From: Alphaproteobacteria bacterium
Lineage (GTDB): Bacteria > Pseudomonadota > Alphaproteobacteria > GCA-2731375
Direction of reading: 5' to 3'
NCBI GenBank assembly: GCA_965225945.1
Contig: CBDDBZ010000024.1
Span: 64,001 to 128,000, forward strand
Length of the DNA: 64,000 bases
Shown here: positions 54,950 through 64,000 of the stretch, one piece after another
Layout of the letters: each line of letters begins with the position of its first letter
Position numbering within the stretch: position 1 is the first letter of the stretch
The notes under the pieces: generated by a model
Told to the model about the DNA's origin: nothing
What the model saw: only the letters and a program-made list of their open reading frames with translations
The model's database searches: none
Program-made: the position numbers and the translations under genes

Positions 54950-56044
54950 TCACGCCTTGAAAGCGGCGAGCGCGGTTTCGTCGAATTTCAGGCCTAGCCC
55001 CGGCTTGTCGGGCAATACCAGCTCGCCGTTCTCGATTCTGGGCGTCTCCTCATAGAGCGCGAGCATCCACGGCATGTATTCCACCGTCAGTCCATTCGGG
55101 CACGCGGCGACGACATGGACCAGTATTTCCGGCATCACATGGCTCACCACCGGCAGGTTGAATGCCTCCGCCATGGCGGCGACCTTCATCCATTGGCTGA
55201 CACCGCCCACCCGAACGATGTCGATCATGACGATATCGACCGAGCGCGCCTCGATCATGTGACGGAAGGGCACGATGCCCCAGAGATACTCGCCGCCGGC
55301 GATGGGAGTCTTCAGCGCGGCGGTGACGCGGGCGAGGCCGGGGTAATCGTCCGCCGCGGTCACGTCCTCCAGCCAAAACAGGCCGACATCCTCGACACGG
55401 TGGCCGATATCGATCGCCTGTTCCGGGCGCCAGCGCTGGTTGATGTCGCACATCAGCTTGATATCCGGGCCGATGGCGTCCCTGACCGTGCGCACGCGGC
55501 GTATTTCGTCGCCGGGCGTCGGCGTGCCGGGCAGCGCCATCTGGGTCTTCATTTCCCTGAAGCCCTTCCCCACCAGGGTAAGCGCTGCCTGGCGTACCTG
55601 GTCGTCCGTCAGCCCGCGACGGAGCGAGCCGGAGGCGTAGGTCGCGACGCGGTCGCGATGGCCGCCCAGCAGTTTCCACAAGGGCTGGTCGAGCGCCTTG
55701 CCCTTGATGTCCCAAAGCGCGATGTCGATCGCCGAGAGCGCCAAGGTGAAGATACCGCCCGGCCCGCAAGCATCCCCGGTGCCGTCACGCAGCTTCGCGA
55801 CGACGTTCTCGATCCTGAGCGGATCCTCGCCCACCGTGATCTGGGCGAGTTCCTCGAGCGCGACGCGCAGGCTGCCGGTCATCGCGCCGCCGTAAAGGGT
55901 CACGGCAATGCCCTCGATGCCGTCATCGGTCCGAAGGCGCAGGATGACGACGGGGCGCGTGCGGCCCGCCTCCTCGGGCATGTCCGCCAGGGGATCGTCT
56001 TCTGGGATTTTCAGCGTGGTCGCTTCATAGCCGGTGATCTTCAT
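54950..56044 (-). CDS. Mandelate racemase/muconate lactonizing enzyme family
   Basis: DIALWDIKGK, MCDINQ, WLED, AGGE, PGLG. Confidence 0.92.
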   Translation of the reverse strand: MKITGYEATTLKIPEDDPLADMPEEAGRTRPVVILRLRTDDGIEGIAVTLYGGAMTGSLRVALEELAQITVGEDPLRIENVVAKLRDGTGDACGPGGIFTLALSAIDIALWDIKGKALDQPLWKLLGGHRDRVATYASGSLRRGLTDDQVRQAALTLVGKGFREMKTQMALPGTPTPGDEIRRVRTVRDAIGPDIKLMCDINQRWRPEQAIDIGHRVEDVGLFWLEDVTAADDYPGLARVTAALKTPIAGGEYLWGIVPFRHMIEARSVDIVMIDIVRVGGVSQWMKVAAMAEAFNLPVVSHVMPEILVHVVAACPNGLTVEYMPWMLALYEETPRIENGELVLPDKPGLGLKFDETALAAFKA

Positions 56045-56078
56045 GGCGTTCGCCCTCCGATGCTCCGCGAGGCCGCCG

Positions 56079-57047
56079 TCAGCCGCCCGCAACCCCCTGC
56101 GTATTGACGTAAAGCGCATAGAGCGACTGGCTTGCGGCCATGAACAGCCGGTTGCGCTTCGGCCCTCCGAAACAGACGTTGGAGCAGCGCTCGGGCAAGG
56201 CGATGCGACCGATCTTGGTCCCATCCGGGGCAAAGACCAGAACGCCGTCGAGCGCCTCGGACCCCATGCCCCAGCCACACCAGAGATTGCCGTCGACGTC
56301 GACGCGCATGCCATCGGGGGTTCCCCCCGGACCGGCGTCGATGAACACCCGCTTGTTCACGATCTCGCGGCCGTTCTGGGCGACATCGTAGGCGAGGATC
56401 TTGCGATTCGGGAGGCCGCGCGATTCGACGATGTAGAGGAGACTTTCATCGGGCGAGAAGCAGAGGCCGTTCGGGCCCAGGACATCCGTTGTCACGAGCG
56501 AGACCTCGCCGCTCTCGCCGTCGATCCGGTAGACGCCGTGGGCGACTTCGGGCTCGGCCCTGTGGCCCTCGTAATTACCCAGGATGCCGAACGGCGGGTC
56601 GGTGAACCAGATCGAGGCATCCGATTTCACCACCACGTCGTTCGGCGAGTTGAGCCGTTTGCCCTCCCAGCCGTCGACCAGCACGGTGAGCGAGCCATCG
56701 TATTCGGTCCGCGTGACCCGTCGTCCGCCGTGCTCGCAGGTGACGAGACGACCCGACCGGTCGCGGGTATTGCCGTTGGCGAAATCGGAGGGCTTGCGAA
56801 AGACGCCGACCGCGCCGGTCTCCTCCTCCCACTTGAGGATCCGGTTGTTGGGGATGTCGCTCCACAGAAGATAGCGCCCGTCGCCGAACCACACCGGGCC
56901 CTCCGACCACCTGCAACCGGTGTGGAGGCGTTCCACCGCCGCGCTGAAAATGCGGTACGGCTCGAACCTCTCGTCCAGGGTTTCGATCAGGGGATCGGGG
57001 TATCTCGGATGGTCGCGCCAACCGGCGGATAAGGGATGGTCTGTCAT
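56079..57047 (-). CDS. SMP-30/gluconolactonase family
   Basis: SEGPVW, NSPND, PNGLCFSPD, PDGMRVD. Confidence 0.93.
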   Translation of the reverse strand: MTDHPLSAGWRDHPRYPDPLIETLDERFEPYRIFSAAVERLHTGCRWSEGPVWFGDGRYLLWSDIPNNRILKWEEETGAVGVFRKPSDFANGNTRDRSGRLVTCEHGGRRVTRTEYDGSLTVLVDGWEGKRLNSPNDVVVKSDASIWFTDPPFGILGNYEGHRAEPEVAHGVYRIDGESGEVSLVTTDVLGPNGLCFSPDESLLYIVESRGLPNRKILAYDVAQNGREIVNKRVFIDAGPGGTPDGMRVDVDGNLWCGWGMGSEALDGVLVFAPDGTKIGRIALPERCSNVCFGGPKRNRLFMAASQSLYALYVNTQGVAGG

Positions 57048-57257
57048 GGCGCTCGATCGGTTCTCGATTGTCGGGCACTCAGCCTAGGCCGACAGGTCGG
57101 CGCTGGGCAACACGGCCGCGGCGGAGGATCGTCCTGCTCCACGCGACGTCGACGCGCGGCTTCCCGCGCCAGGGCGGCCAGGACGGCGAGGTGCAGCCGA
57201 CCGCAGACCTTTAGAGGTCTCTAATGCTCAGAGGGAATTGCCCCACTGCTCGACGTC

Positions 57258-58079
57258 TCAGCTCCCGGTGCGCACGGCTTTCCAGTAGTCGTGGTTCAGC
57301 TCACGCATCAGGAAATCGTGCCATCTGCGCAGGCAGTGTCGCAGCGGCGCGGCCCAGGGCTTGGCCGCGCAGCCCTCGATCATCTGGTTGGCCCACGATT
57401 GTCCGCCGCCGGCGGGAGCCCGCCAGGCGGTGGCCTTGCGCCAGGCGCCGACCGGGGGGCCCGAGGACGCGGTCTGGCCGGGGGCCGGAAGCGAGTTGAC
57501 CAGCAGATTGGTCGCCCGCGCCGCCTCGATCCGGCCGCCGCCGTCATCGACCAGGCGGGCCCCCAACGCGCGCAACGTCGCTGTCGCGAACGCCACATCC
57601 TGGTCCATTTGCGGCTCGACGTCGCCCGGCTCCGGCGCCGGCACTAGCGAGGCCCGCTCGCCGACCATGACCGACAGCTCGACGGCGCCCAGCCGGGCGA
57701 CCTGGGTCGTATCCAGGCTCGCATAGACGCTGGTGTTGCCGCGCGCCGAGGTCAGCGCCAGCAGATCGCCGGCAGGCACTTGGCGCATCGTCCCGTCCGC
57801 GCGCTCGACGATCAAAGTCAGATCGCTCGGGCTGATCGCGTGGTAAACGGTTCCGGCCGCCGGCATGGACCGCGACTGTTGCAGGCAGAAACTGGTGAGC
57901 TCCGCCCGGCATTCGCCGTCCACGCACGTCATCGGCGTGGCGTCACCCTTCGAGGCGACGAGGGCAAGGATTTGCGGGGCCGCGACGGCTGTATGAGCGA
58001 GCACGCCGAAGACCATCGAGAGCACGGCCATCGGGAGCACGGCCAGCGACAGCGATCGGCGAGGCTGCGAGCAAGACAT
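57258..58079 (-). CDS. Secreted Cys-containing hypothetical protein
   Basis: GGAGG RBS, signal peptide AVA, CVDGEC...FCLQ. Confidence 0.65.
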   Translation of the reverse strand: MSCSQPRRSLSLAVLPMAVLSMVFGVLAHTAVAAPQILALVASKGDATPMTCVDGECRAELTSFCLQQSRSMPAAGTVYHAISPSDLTLIVERADGTMRQVPAGDLLALTSARGNTSVYASLDTTQVARLGAVELSVMVGERASLVPAPEPGDVEPQMDQDVAFATATLRALGARLVDDGGGRIEAARATNLLVNSLPAPGQTASSGPPVGAWRKATAWRAPAGGGQSWANQMIEGCAAKPWAAPLRHCLRRWHDFLMRELNHDYWKAVRTGS

Positions 58080-58154
58080 GGCATTACCTCCAGTCCGGTA
58101 TTGCAATCATTTTAAGGACCGTTATCCAACTCGGTCAATACTCGGTTCCCTGTA

Positions 58155-58189
58155 AAAAAGTACTTCGCTTCGCGTCACGGGTACTTTTT
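58155..58189. promoter_or_regulatory. AT-rich inverted repeat, possible operator
   Basis: AAAAAGTAC-N17-GTACTTTTT upstream of the gene starting at 58079. Confidence 0.35.
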
Positions 58190-58300
58190 AATAACCACTA
58201 AACTGCAAGATGCGGCGCCGCGCCGGTGAAACCCCGCCTCGAGTCGATGTCCAGGGATACAGGTGGGATCGAGAGCCGCCGCTTCGCTCGGATCGCGCTC

Positions 58301-59341
58301 TCACAGCACCGCCTCGGCCAGCAGGCGGATGGACTCCCTCGTCGGCCCGACGTTGATCAGGGTGTCGATCCGCCGTGTCGCCGCGGCCTCCTTCCAGGCG
58401 CCGAGGCGATCCCTGATCCGCGCCGCCGGGCCGACCAGCGCCACCTCGTCGATCAGCGCGTCGGGCACCGCGGCGGCCGCCTCGCGCCGTCGCCCGGCGA
58501 GGAAGTGATCCTGGATCTCGCCCGCCGCGTCGGCGAAACCCAGCGCCACGGCGTGGTCGTTATAAAAGTTCTTGTCCCGCGCCCCCATGCCGCCGATGTA
58601 GAGGGCGAAATGGTCGCGGAGCGAATCCCGCGCCGCCGCCAAGTCGTCATCCACCACCACGCGGCAGAACGGCGCCACGGCGAAATCGTCGAGCCCCTTG
58701 CGGCCGCCCGCCTTGGCGAAGCCGGATTGCAGCGGCTCGGCGAAGAGCTCGGCGCGCTCCGGGTTCATGAAGATCGGGATCACGCCGTCGGCGATTTCGG
58801 CGGCCAGCCGCACGCCCGCCGGCGTGAAGGCGCCGGTGTAGATCGAAAGCTTCGGATCGGGATGCAGGATGGTCTTGAGCGGCTTGCCGAGACCGCTGGT
58901 GCCGGGTCCCCGGTTGGGGATCTGGTAGTGCTCGCCCGCATGCTCCAGCGGGGCCTCGCGGGCCAGGATCTGGCGCACGATCGAGATGTATTCCCGCGTC
59001 CGGGCGAGCGGCTTGCCGAAGGGGACGCCGTGCCAGCCCTCGATCACCTGGGGCCCGGAAGGGCCGATCCCCATCTGGAAGCGGCCGCCCGACATCTCCT
59101 GCAGGCTCATCGCCGTCATCGCCGCCAGCGCCGGCGTGCGCGCGGGCATCTGCATGATCGCCGTGCCGACCCGGATGCGGGAGGTCTGCGCGAGATACCA
59201 GGTGGCGGGCGTCACCGCGTCGCCGCCCCAGGCCTCCGAGGTCCAGACCGAATCGAAGCCCAGCCGCTCCGCCTCCTGGACCAGGGCCACCTTGTCTTGG
59301 AAGGTCCCGGGCCCGTGGCTCATCATAATGCCGAGCTTCAT
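58301..59341 (-). CDS. LLM-class (F420-dependent-like) oxidoreductase
   Basis: GFDSVWTSEAWG, GPSGPQVIEGWHG, ALYIGGMG. Confidence 0.9.
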   Translation of the reverse strand: MKLGIMMSHGPGTFQDKVALVQEAERLGFDSVWTSEAWGGDAVTPATWYLAQTSRIRVGTAIMQMPARTPALAAMTAMSLQEMSGGRFQMGIGPSGPQVIEGWHGVPFGKPLARTREYISIVRQILAREAPLEHAGEHYQIPNRGPGTSGLGKPLKTILHPDPKLSIYTGAFTPAGVRLAAEIADGVIPIFMNPERAELFAEPLQSGFAKAGGRKGLDDFAVAPFCRVVVDDDLAAARDSLRDHFALYIGGMGARDKNFYNDHAVALGFADAAGEIQDHFLAGRRREAAAAVPDALIDEVALVGPAARIRDRLGAWKEAAATRRIDTLINVGPTRESIRLLAEAVL

Positions 59342-59513
59342 GCGTCCTCTCCCGCGCTTCGACGTCGCGAGCGCGGTTTTACGCCGCGGGCGGGCCGTTC
59401 ACAACGTCGCTATCGAGCCCCCGAGGAGGTTAGACGATCTATCGAGCCGGGTGTATCTTGGCGCCGCGTTGCACGCACGCCCCTCGGGCGTACGCGATGG
59501 AATCGGATTGGCC

Positions 59514-60716
59514 ATGGACGGCGCGGGCACGACGGATCGAGATCGGCCTGGCGGAGGAAAGCGCCTCGGCGCTTGCCTCGCGGTTTTGCTCGTCCTCGTC
59601 GGCGCCGGCCAGACGCTCGCCCAGGCCAAGAGGGCGGCGCCCGTCGGCGTCGACGCGGTGCGCGAGGAGGTGATCGATCAGCGCTTCCCGGTGATCGGCC
59701 GGATGGTGGCGCGGCGCGCGGGCGCGGTGGCGGCCCGGGTCGCCGGCCCCGTCGCCGAGGTCCGGGTGGAGGTCGGCGACCGGGTCGAGGCGGGGCAGAT
59801 CTTGGCGGTTCTGGTCCGCGAGCGGCTCGGGGCGGAGCGGGCCCGGCGCGCCGCGGACGTCGCGGAACGGGCCGCGGCGTTGACCACCGCGAGCGCCGAG
59901 GAGACCATGACCGCCCATGAGATGGCCCGGCTCGCGCGGCTCAAGAAGTCGCGCTCGGCCGCCTTCCCGCAGGCCCGCCACGACGACATGCGCAACCGGT
60001 TGGCGATGTTGAAAAGCGAGGTGGCTGAGGCCAAGGCGCGGCTCGCGCGCGCCAAGGCGGTCCTGCGGTTGGCCGACATCGCGCTGAAATACGCCGAGAT
60101 CCGCGCGCCCTACGCCGGCGTGGTGACCATCCGTCACGTCGAGATCGGCGCCTGGCTCAAGGTCGGCGAGCCGGTGGTCGACCTGGTCGACGACGACACC
60201 CTGGAGCTGGAAGCCGACGTGCCGGCGGCCCGCATTCCCGACCTGCCGCCCGGCGCGCCGGTGTGGGTGCTGATCGCCGGCGAGCGGTACGCCGCCAAGG
60301 CCCGCGCAGTGGTGCCCGAGGAGAACCCGCTGACCCGCACCCGCGCGGTTCGCTTCACGCCCGCCTTCGAGACCCGCGAGGCCGGCTTCGCCGCCAACCA
60401 GAGCGTCACCGTCGAAATTCCGATCGGCAAGGGCCGGCGCGCCGTCACGGTACACAAGGATGGCGTGATCAAGCGCGGCGGCGGGAGCGTCGTCTTCCTC
60501 GCCGTCGACGGCAAGGCGCGCTCGCGGCCGGTCGAGCTCGGGGTGGCGATCGGGATCCGCTTCGAAGTCTTGAGCGGCCTCGCCGCCGGTGACCTGGTGG
60601 TGGTGCGCGGCAACGAGCGGCTCCGCCCCGGCCAGGCGATCCGCCACGAGGGCTCGGGCGTGGCGAAACCGGGGGCCACGGGCAAGGCGCCGGCCGGCGG
60701 AAAGGCCGACGGTTGA
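59514..60716 (+). CDS. RND efflux membrane fusion protein
   Basis: VEVGDRVEAGQ, IRAPYAG, LRPGQ. Confidence 0.88.
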   Translation: MDGAGTTDRDRPGGGKRLGACLAVLLVLVGAGQTLAQAKRAAPVGVDAVREEVIDQRFPVIGRMVARRAGAVAARVAGPVAEVRVEVGDRVEAGQILAVLVRERLGAERARRAADVAERAAALTTASAEETMTAHEMARLARLKKSRSAAFPQARHDDMRNRLAMLKSEVAEAKARLARAKAVLRLADIALKYAEIRAPYAGVVTIRHVEIGAWLKVGEPVVDLVDDDTLELEADVPAARIPDLPPGAPVWVLIAGERYAAKARAVVPEENPLTRTRAVRFTPAFETREAGFAANQSVTVEIPIGKGRRAVTVHKDGVIKRGGGSVVFLAVDGKARSRPVELGVAIGIRFEVLSGLAAGDLVVVRGNERLRPGQAIRHEGSGVAKPGATGKAPAGGKADG

Positions 60717-63700
60717 ACCTGATCCGCGCCGCGATCGAGCGGCCCATCGCCGTCATGGCGGCGGTCCTGATGGTCTTGATGTTCGGCCTCCTGGCGTTGG
60801 AGACGATTCCGATCCAGTTGACACCCGACGTCCGCCGCCCGGTGCTGCAGATCACCACGAATTGGGCCGGTGCCGCCCCGGCCGAGGTCGAGCGGGAGAT
60901 CACCAACCGCCAGGAGGAGGTGCTGAAGGGTCTCGAGGGCGTGGCCCAGATGACCAGCACGTCGCAGGACGGCCGGTCCCGAATCACGCTCGAGTTCGCC
61001 GTCTCGGTAAACATGGACCGGGCCCTGCTGCTGCTCGCCAACCGGCTGGACCGGGTGAACGGTTATCCCGAAGAGGCGGACGAGCCGGTCATTTCCACCT
61101 CCGGCACCGAGGACAATCCGATCGCCTGGTTCATTTTGAAGCAGGTGCCGGGGAACGAGCGGGCGGTGTATACCTATCGCGACTTCATCGACGACGTGGT
61201 GCGCGACCGGATCGAGCGGGTGCCCGGCGTCTCCCGCTCCAACTTCTATGGCGGGGGCGAGCGGGAGATGCGGGTGACCGTGGATCCCGAACGCTTGGCC
61301 CGCTACGGCCTGACGGTGCCCAGGGTGGTGCGCGCGCTCCGCGCGGCCAACGCCTCGATCAGCGGCGGCGACATCGCCGAGGGCAAACGGCGCTACGTGG
61401 TGCGCACCGACGGCGAGTTCCAGACCGTGGCGCAAGTCGCGGCGGTCGTGCTCAGAAGCGAGAGCAGCACCGCCTCGGGCCGCATCGGCCGGGTCACCGT
61501 CGCCGACGTCGCCGATGTCGGGTTCGGCTACAAGGACGCGGTGGCCCATATCCGCAGCCTCGGCGAATACGCGCTGGCGGTGAACGCGGTCCGCGAAGCC
61601 GATGCCAACGTGATCGAGGTGATGGCGGGGCTGCGCGAGGCGATCGCGGAGCTCGCGCGCGATCATCTGCCGCGCCAGGGGCTCACCATCAAGCAGGTCT
61701 ACGACGAGACCATCTACATCGAGTCCTCGATCGATTTGGTGCAGCAGAACATCGTCGTCGGCGGCATCCTGGCGGCGCTGATCCTGCTGCTGTTCCTGCG
61801 CTCGGGCCGGGCGACGCTGGTGATTTCGCTGGCTATTCCGGTCTCCGTCGTCGGCTCCTTCGTCGCGATGGCGGTGCTGGGGCGCTCGCTTAACGTGATC
61901 TCGCTCGCCGGCATCGCGTTTTCCATCGGCATGGTGGTCGACGCGGCGATCGTGGTGCTGGAAAATATCTATCGCCTGCGCCAGCAGGGCCTCGCGCCCA
62001 AGGAGGCGGCCTACCGGGGCGCCAAGGAGGTCTGGGGCGCGGTGCTGGTCTCGGCGCTGACCACGGTCATGGTGTTCATCCCGATCCTGGTGATGGAGCT
62101 CGAGGTCGGTCAGCTCTTCCGCGACATCGCGGTGGCGATCTCGGTCTCGGTGATGCTGTCGCTGCTGGTCTCCGTGACGGTGATCCCGGCGCTCTCGCGC
62201 CGCCTGCTCAAGGGCGCCGGCGCGGCGCCGGCGCGGCCCATTCGCCTGCCCGTGGTCGATCGCTTCGCCGCCGGCTTCGTCGCCACCGTCATGTTCTTTG
62301 CCCGCCGGGTGATCCGCTCCAAGCTCCTGGCGGTCACGGTCGTCGCCCTGATCTGTGGTGCGGCCGGCTTCGCGACTTGGGCTTTCCTGCCGAAGCTGGA
62401 TTATCTGCCGACCGGCAATCGCAACCTGATCATCGGCTATATCGTGCCGCCGCCCGGCTACAACCTGGAGACCATGTCCGGCATCGCGGAATCGGTCGAG
62501 GCCGAAGTCAGCCATCTCTGGGCTTCCAAGACCGGGCGAGAATCGATGCCCGGCGAACCCCCCAAGATCGAGAATTTCTTCTTCGTCGCCTTCCGGGGCC
62601 TGACCATCGTCGGCGCCACCAGCGTCGAGCCGGACAGGGTCGGCGAGTTGATACCGGTCTTGAGCAAGCCGGTGTTCCGCGAGCCGGGCACCTTCGGCGT
62701 GATCAGCAAGCGCTCGCTGTTCGGCCGCAACTTCTCCGGCTCCCGCACCATCGAGTTCGACATCTCCGGTCCCGACCTCGAAACCATCCTCGGCGTCGCC
62801 GCCGAGGCGACGGGCATGGTCCTGGCCGTACTGCCGCGCAAGGAGGGGACGTCGTTTCGCCCGATTCCCGGGCTGGAGCTCGGCGCGCCGGAGATTCGGG
62901 TCATTCCCGACGCGATCCGGCTCGCCGACAACGGGGTCACCGCCCGCGATCTCGGCATGACGGTCGATGCCTTCAACGATGGGCTTCGCGTCGCCGAGAT
63001 TACCGTCGGCGGCAAGCGCATCGACCTGACGCTGCTCGGTAGCACGGACAAGATCGCCCAGACCCAGGGCATCGACTATCTGCCGGTGGTGACGGAATCG
63101 GGCCAGATCCTGCCCGTCGCCTCCCTCGCCGACATCGTGCTGACGGCGGGGCCGACCGAGATCCGACACGTCGAGCGGGAGCGGACGGTGACGCTGCAGA
63201 TCGGCCCGCCGGAACACATTCCCCTCGAGGCCGCGCTCGACACGCTGCGCGAGGAGGTGATCGCCAAGCTGATGGCCGGCGGCCTGCCGGACGGCGTGAC
63301 GCTCTCGCTCAAGGGGACGGCGGAGAAGCTGCAGCTCACCTGGGACGCCATGGTGCTGGATCTCGTGGTGGCGATCATCATCGTCTACCTGGTGATGGCG
63401 GTGTTGTTCGAGAGCTTCGTTTACCCGCTGATCATCATGCTCTCGGTGCCGCTGGCCACGGCGGGCGGTGTCGGCGGTCTGGCCTTGCTCAACCTCAAGA
63501 CGTTCCAGGCGCTCGACATGCTGACCCTCCTGGGCTTCGTCATCCTGATCGGCATCGTCGTCAACAACGCGATCCTGCTGGTGCATCAGACCCTGTTCCT
63601 GATCCGCGAGCATGGCCGGGCGGCGGAGGCGGCGATCCTGGAGGCGACCCGCAATCGCATCCGGCCGATCTTCATGTCGACGCTGACCAGCGTCTTCGGG

Positions 63701-63895
63701 ATGATGCCGCTGGTGCTGTTCCCGGGCGCCGGCTCGGAGCTCTATCGCGGTCTCGGCTCGGTGGTGCTGGGCGGCCTCTCGCTTTCGGCGGTGCTGACGC
63801 TGGCCATCATTCCGGCGTTGTTGAGCCTCACGACCAGGCTATTGGAGCGGCGTCGCGAGCCGACGGTGGTTCCGGTCCGCGAGGCGGCCGAGTGA
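60713..63895 (+). CDS. RND efflux permease (AcrB family)
   Basis: GMVVDAAIVVLEN, GIVVNNAIL, RIRPIFMST. Confidence 0.95.
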   Translation: MNLIRAAIERPIAVMAAVLMVLMFGLLALETIPIQLTPDVRRPVLQITTNWAGAAPAEVEREITNRQEEVLKGLEGVAQMTSTSQDGRSRITLEFAVSVNMDRALLLLANRLDRVNGYPEEADEPVISTSGTEDNPIAWFILKQVPGNERAVYTYRDFIDDVVRDRIERVPGVSRSNFYGGGEREMRVTVDPERLARYGLTVPRVVRALRAANASISGGDIAEGKRRYVVRTDGEFQTVAQVAAVVLRSESSTASGRIGRVTVADVADVGFGYKDAVAHIRSLGEYALAVNAVREADANVIEVMAGLREAIAELARDHLPRQGLTIKQVYDETIYIESSIDLVQQNIVVGGILAALILLLFLRSGRATLVISLAIPVSVVGSFVAMAVLGRSLNVISLAGIAFSIGMVVDAAIVVLENIYRLRQQGLAPKEAAYRGAKEVWGAVLVSALTTVMVFIPILVMELEVGQLFRDIAVAISVSVMLSLLVSVTVIPALSRRLLKGAGAAPARPIRLPVVDRFAAGFVATVMFFARRVIRSKLLAVTVVALICGAAGFATWAFLPKLDYLPTGNRNLIIGYIVPPPGYNLETMSGIAESVEAEVSHLWASKTGRESMPGEPPKIENFFFVAFRGLTIVGATSVEPDRVGELIPVLSKPVFREPGTFGVISKRSLFGRNFSGSRTIEFDISGPDLETILGVAAEATGMVLAVLPRKEGTSFRPIPGLELGAPEIRVIPDAIRLADNGVTARDLGMTVDAFNDGLRVAEITVGGKRIDLTLLGSTDKIAQTQGIDYLPVVTESGQILPVASLADIVLTAGPTEIRHVERERTVTLQIGPPEHIPLEAALDTLREEVIAKLMAGGLPDGVTLSLKGTAEKLQLTWDAMVLDLVVAIIIVYLVMAVLFESFVYPLIIMLSVPLATAGGVGGLALLNLKTFQALDMLTLLGFVILIGIVVNNAILLVHQTLFLIREHGRAAEAAILEATRNRIRPIFMSTLTSVFGMMPLVLFPGAGSELYRGLGSVVLGGLSLSAVLTLAIIPALLSLTTRLLERRREPTVVPVREAAE

Positions 63896-63923
63896 GGCCG
63901 AAGTCCAGCGAAGGAGAATCGAC

Positions 63924-64000
63924 ATGAGCCGCATGCGTCGCGTGATAAGTCCCGAGGTGGCCGAGCCGCAACCCGAAACCTGGTCCAACTGCAAGGTGAT
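63924..64000 (+). CDS. Probable RidA-family protein, N-terminus (runs off window)
   Basis: AAGGAG RBS; MSRMRRVISPEVAEPQPETWSNC. Confidence 0.45.
   Translation, partial: MSRMRRVISPEVAEPQPETWSNCKV

Noticed and set aside
60134-63613. Long alternative-frame or antisense ORFs (also 870-3401, 1009-2934, 9358-10803, 24886-26550, 36766-38430, 58226-59920)
   Set aside because: High-GC shadow frames overlapping well-supported genes, with no motifs.

Overview
High-GC (alphaproteobacterial-looking) region. Catabolic and transport genes (hydratase, dehydrogenases, cupin, TRAP system, two TauD dioxygenases, lactonases, copper cluster, RND pump) are interleaved with very dense, nested mobile DNA. Four group II introns are present. 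One is a IIC intron placed after a terminator. Another is an 11.1-kb host intron carrying IS21, IS110, an IS91/tyrosine-recombinase element and two further introns inserted 6 nt apart at its domain V/VI junction. There are also IS1595 x2, IS21 x4, IS110 x2, IS66, IS3-like x2, a truncated IS4 and IS1380/IS256 remnants. The least explained signals are: (i) a 43-bp AT-rich sequence at the junction of a 143-bp duplication in dctM that recurs inside (ii) a 757-bp transposase-less, cargo-carrying element with 44-bp perfect TIRs containing an NrdR-box-like palindrome; (iii) a four-gene IS21 transposon with Zn-ribbon and Toprim genes; (iv) introns whose EBS1 targets domain V of other introns; (v) a readable IS1111-type guide RNA matching both IS110 target sites. 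About 41.8-44.1 kb looks error-rich or misassembled. All calls are by eye; no database searches were run.
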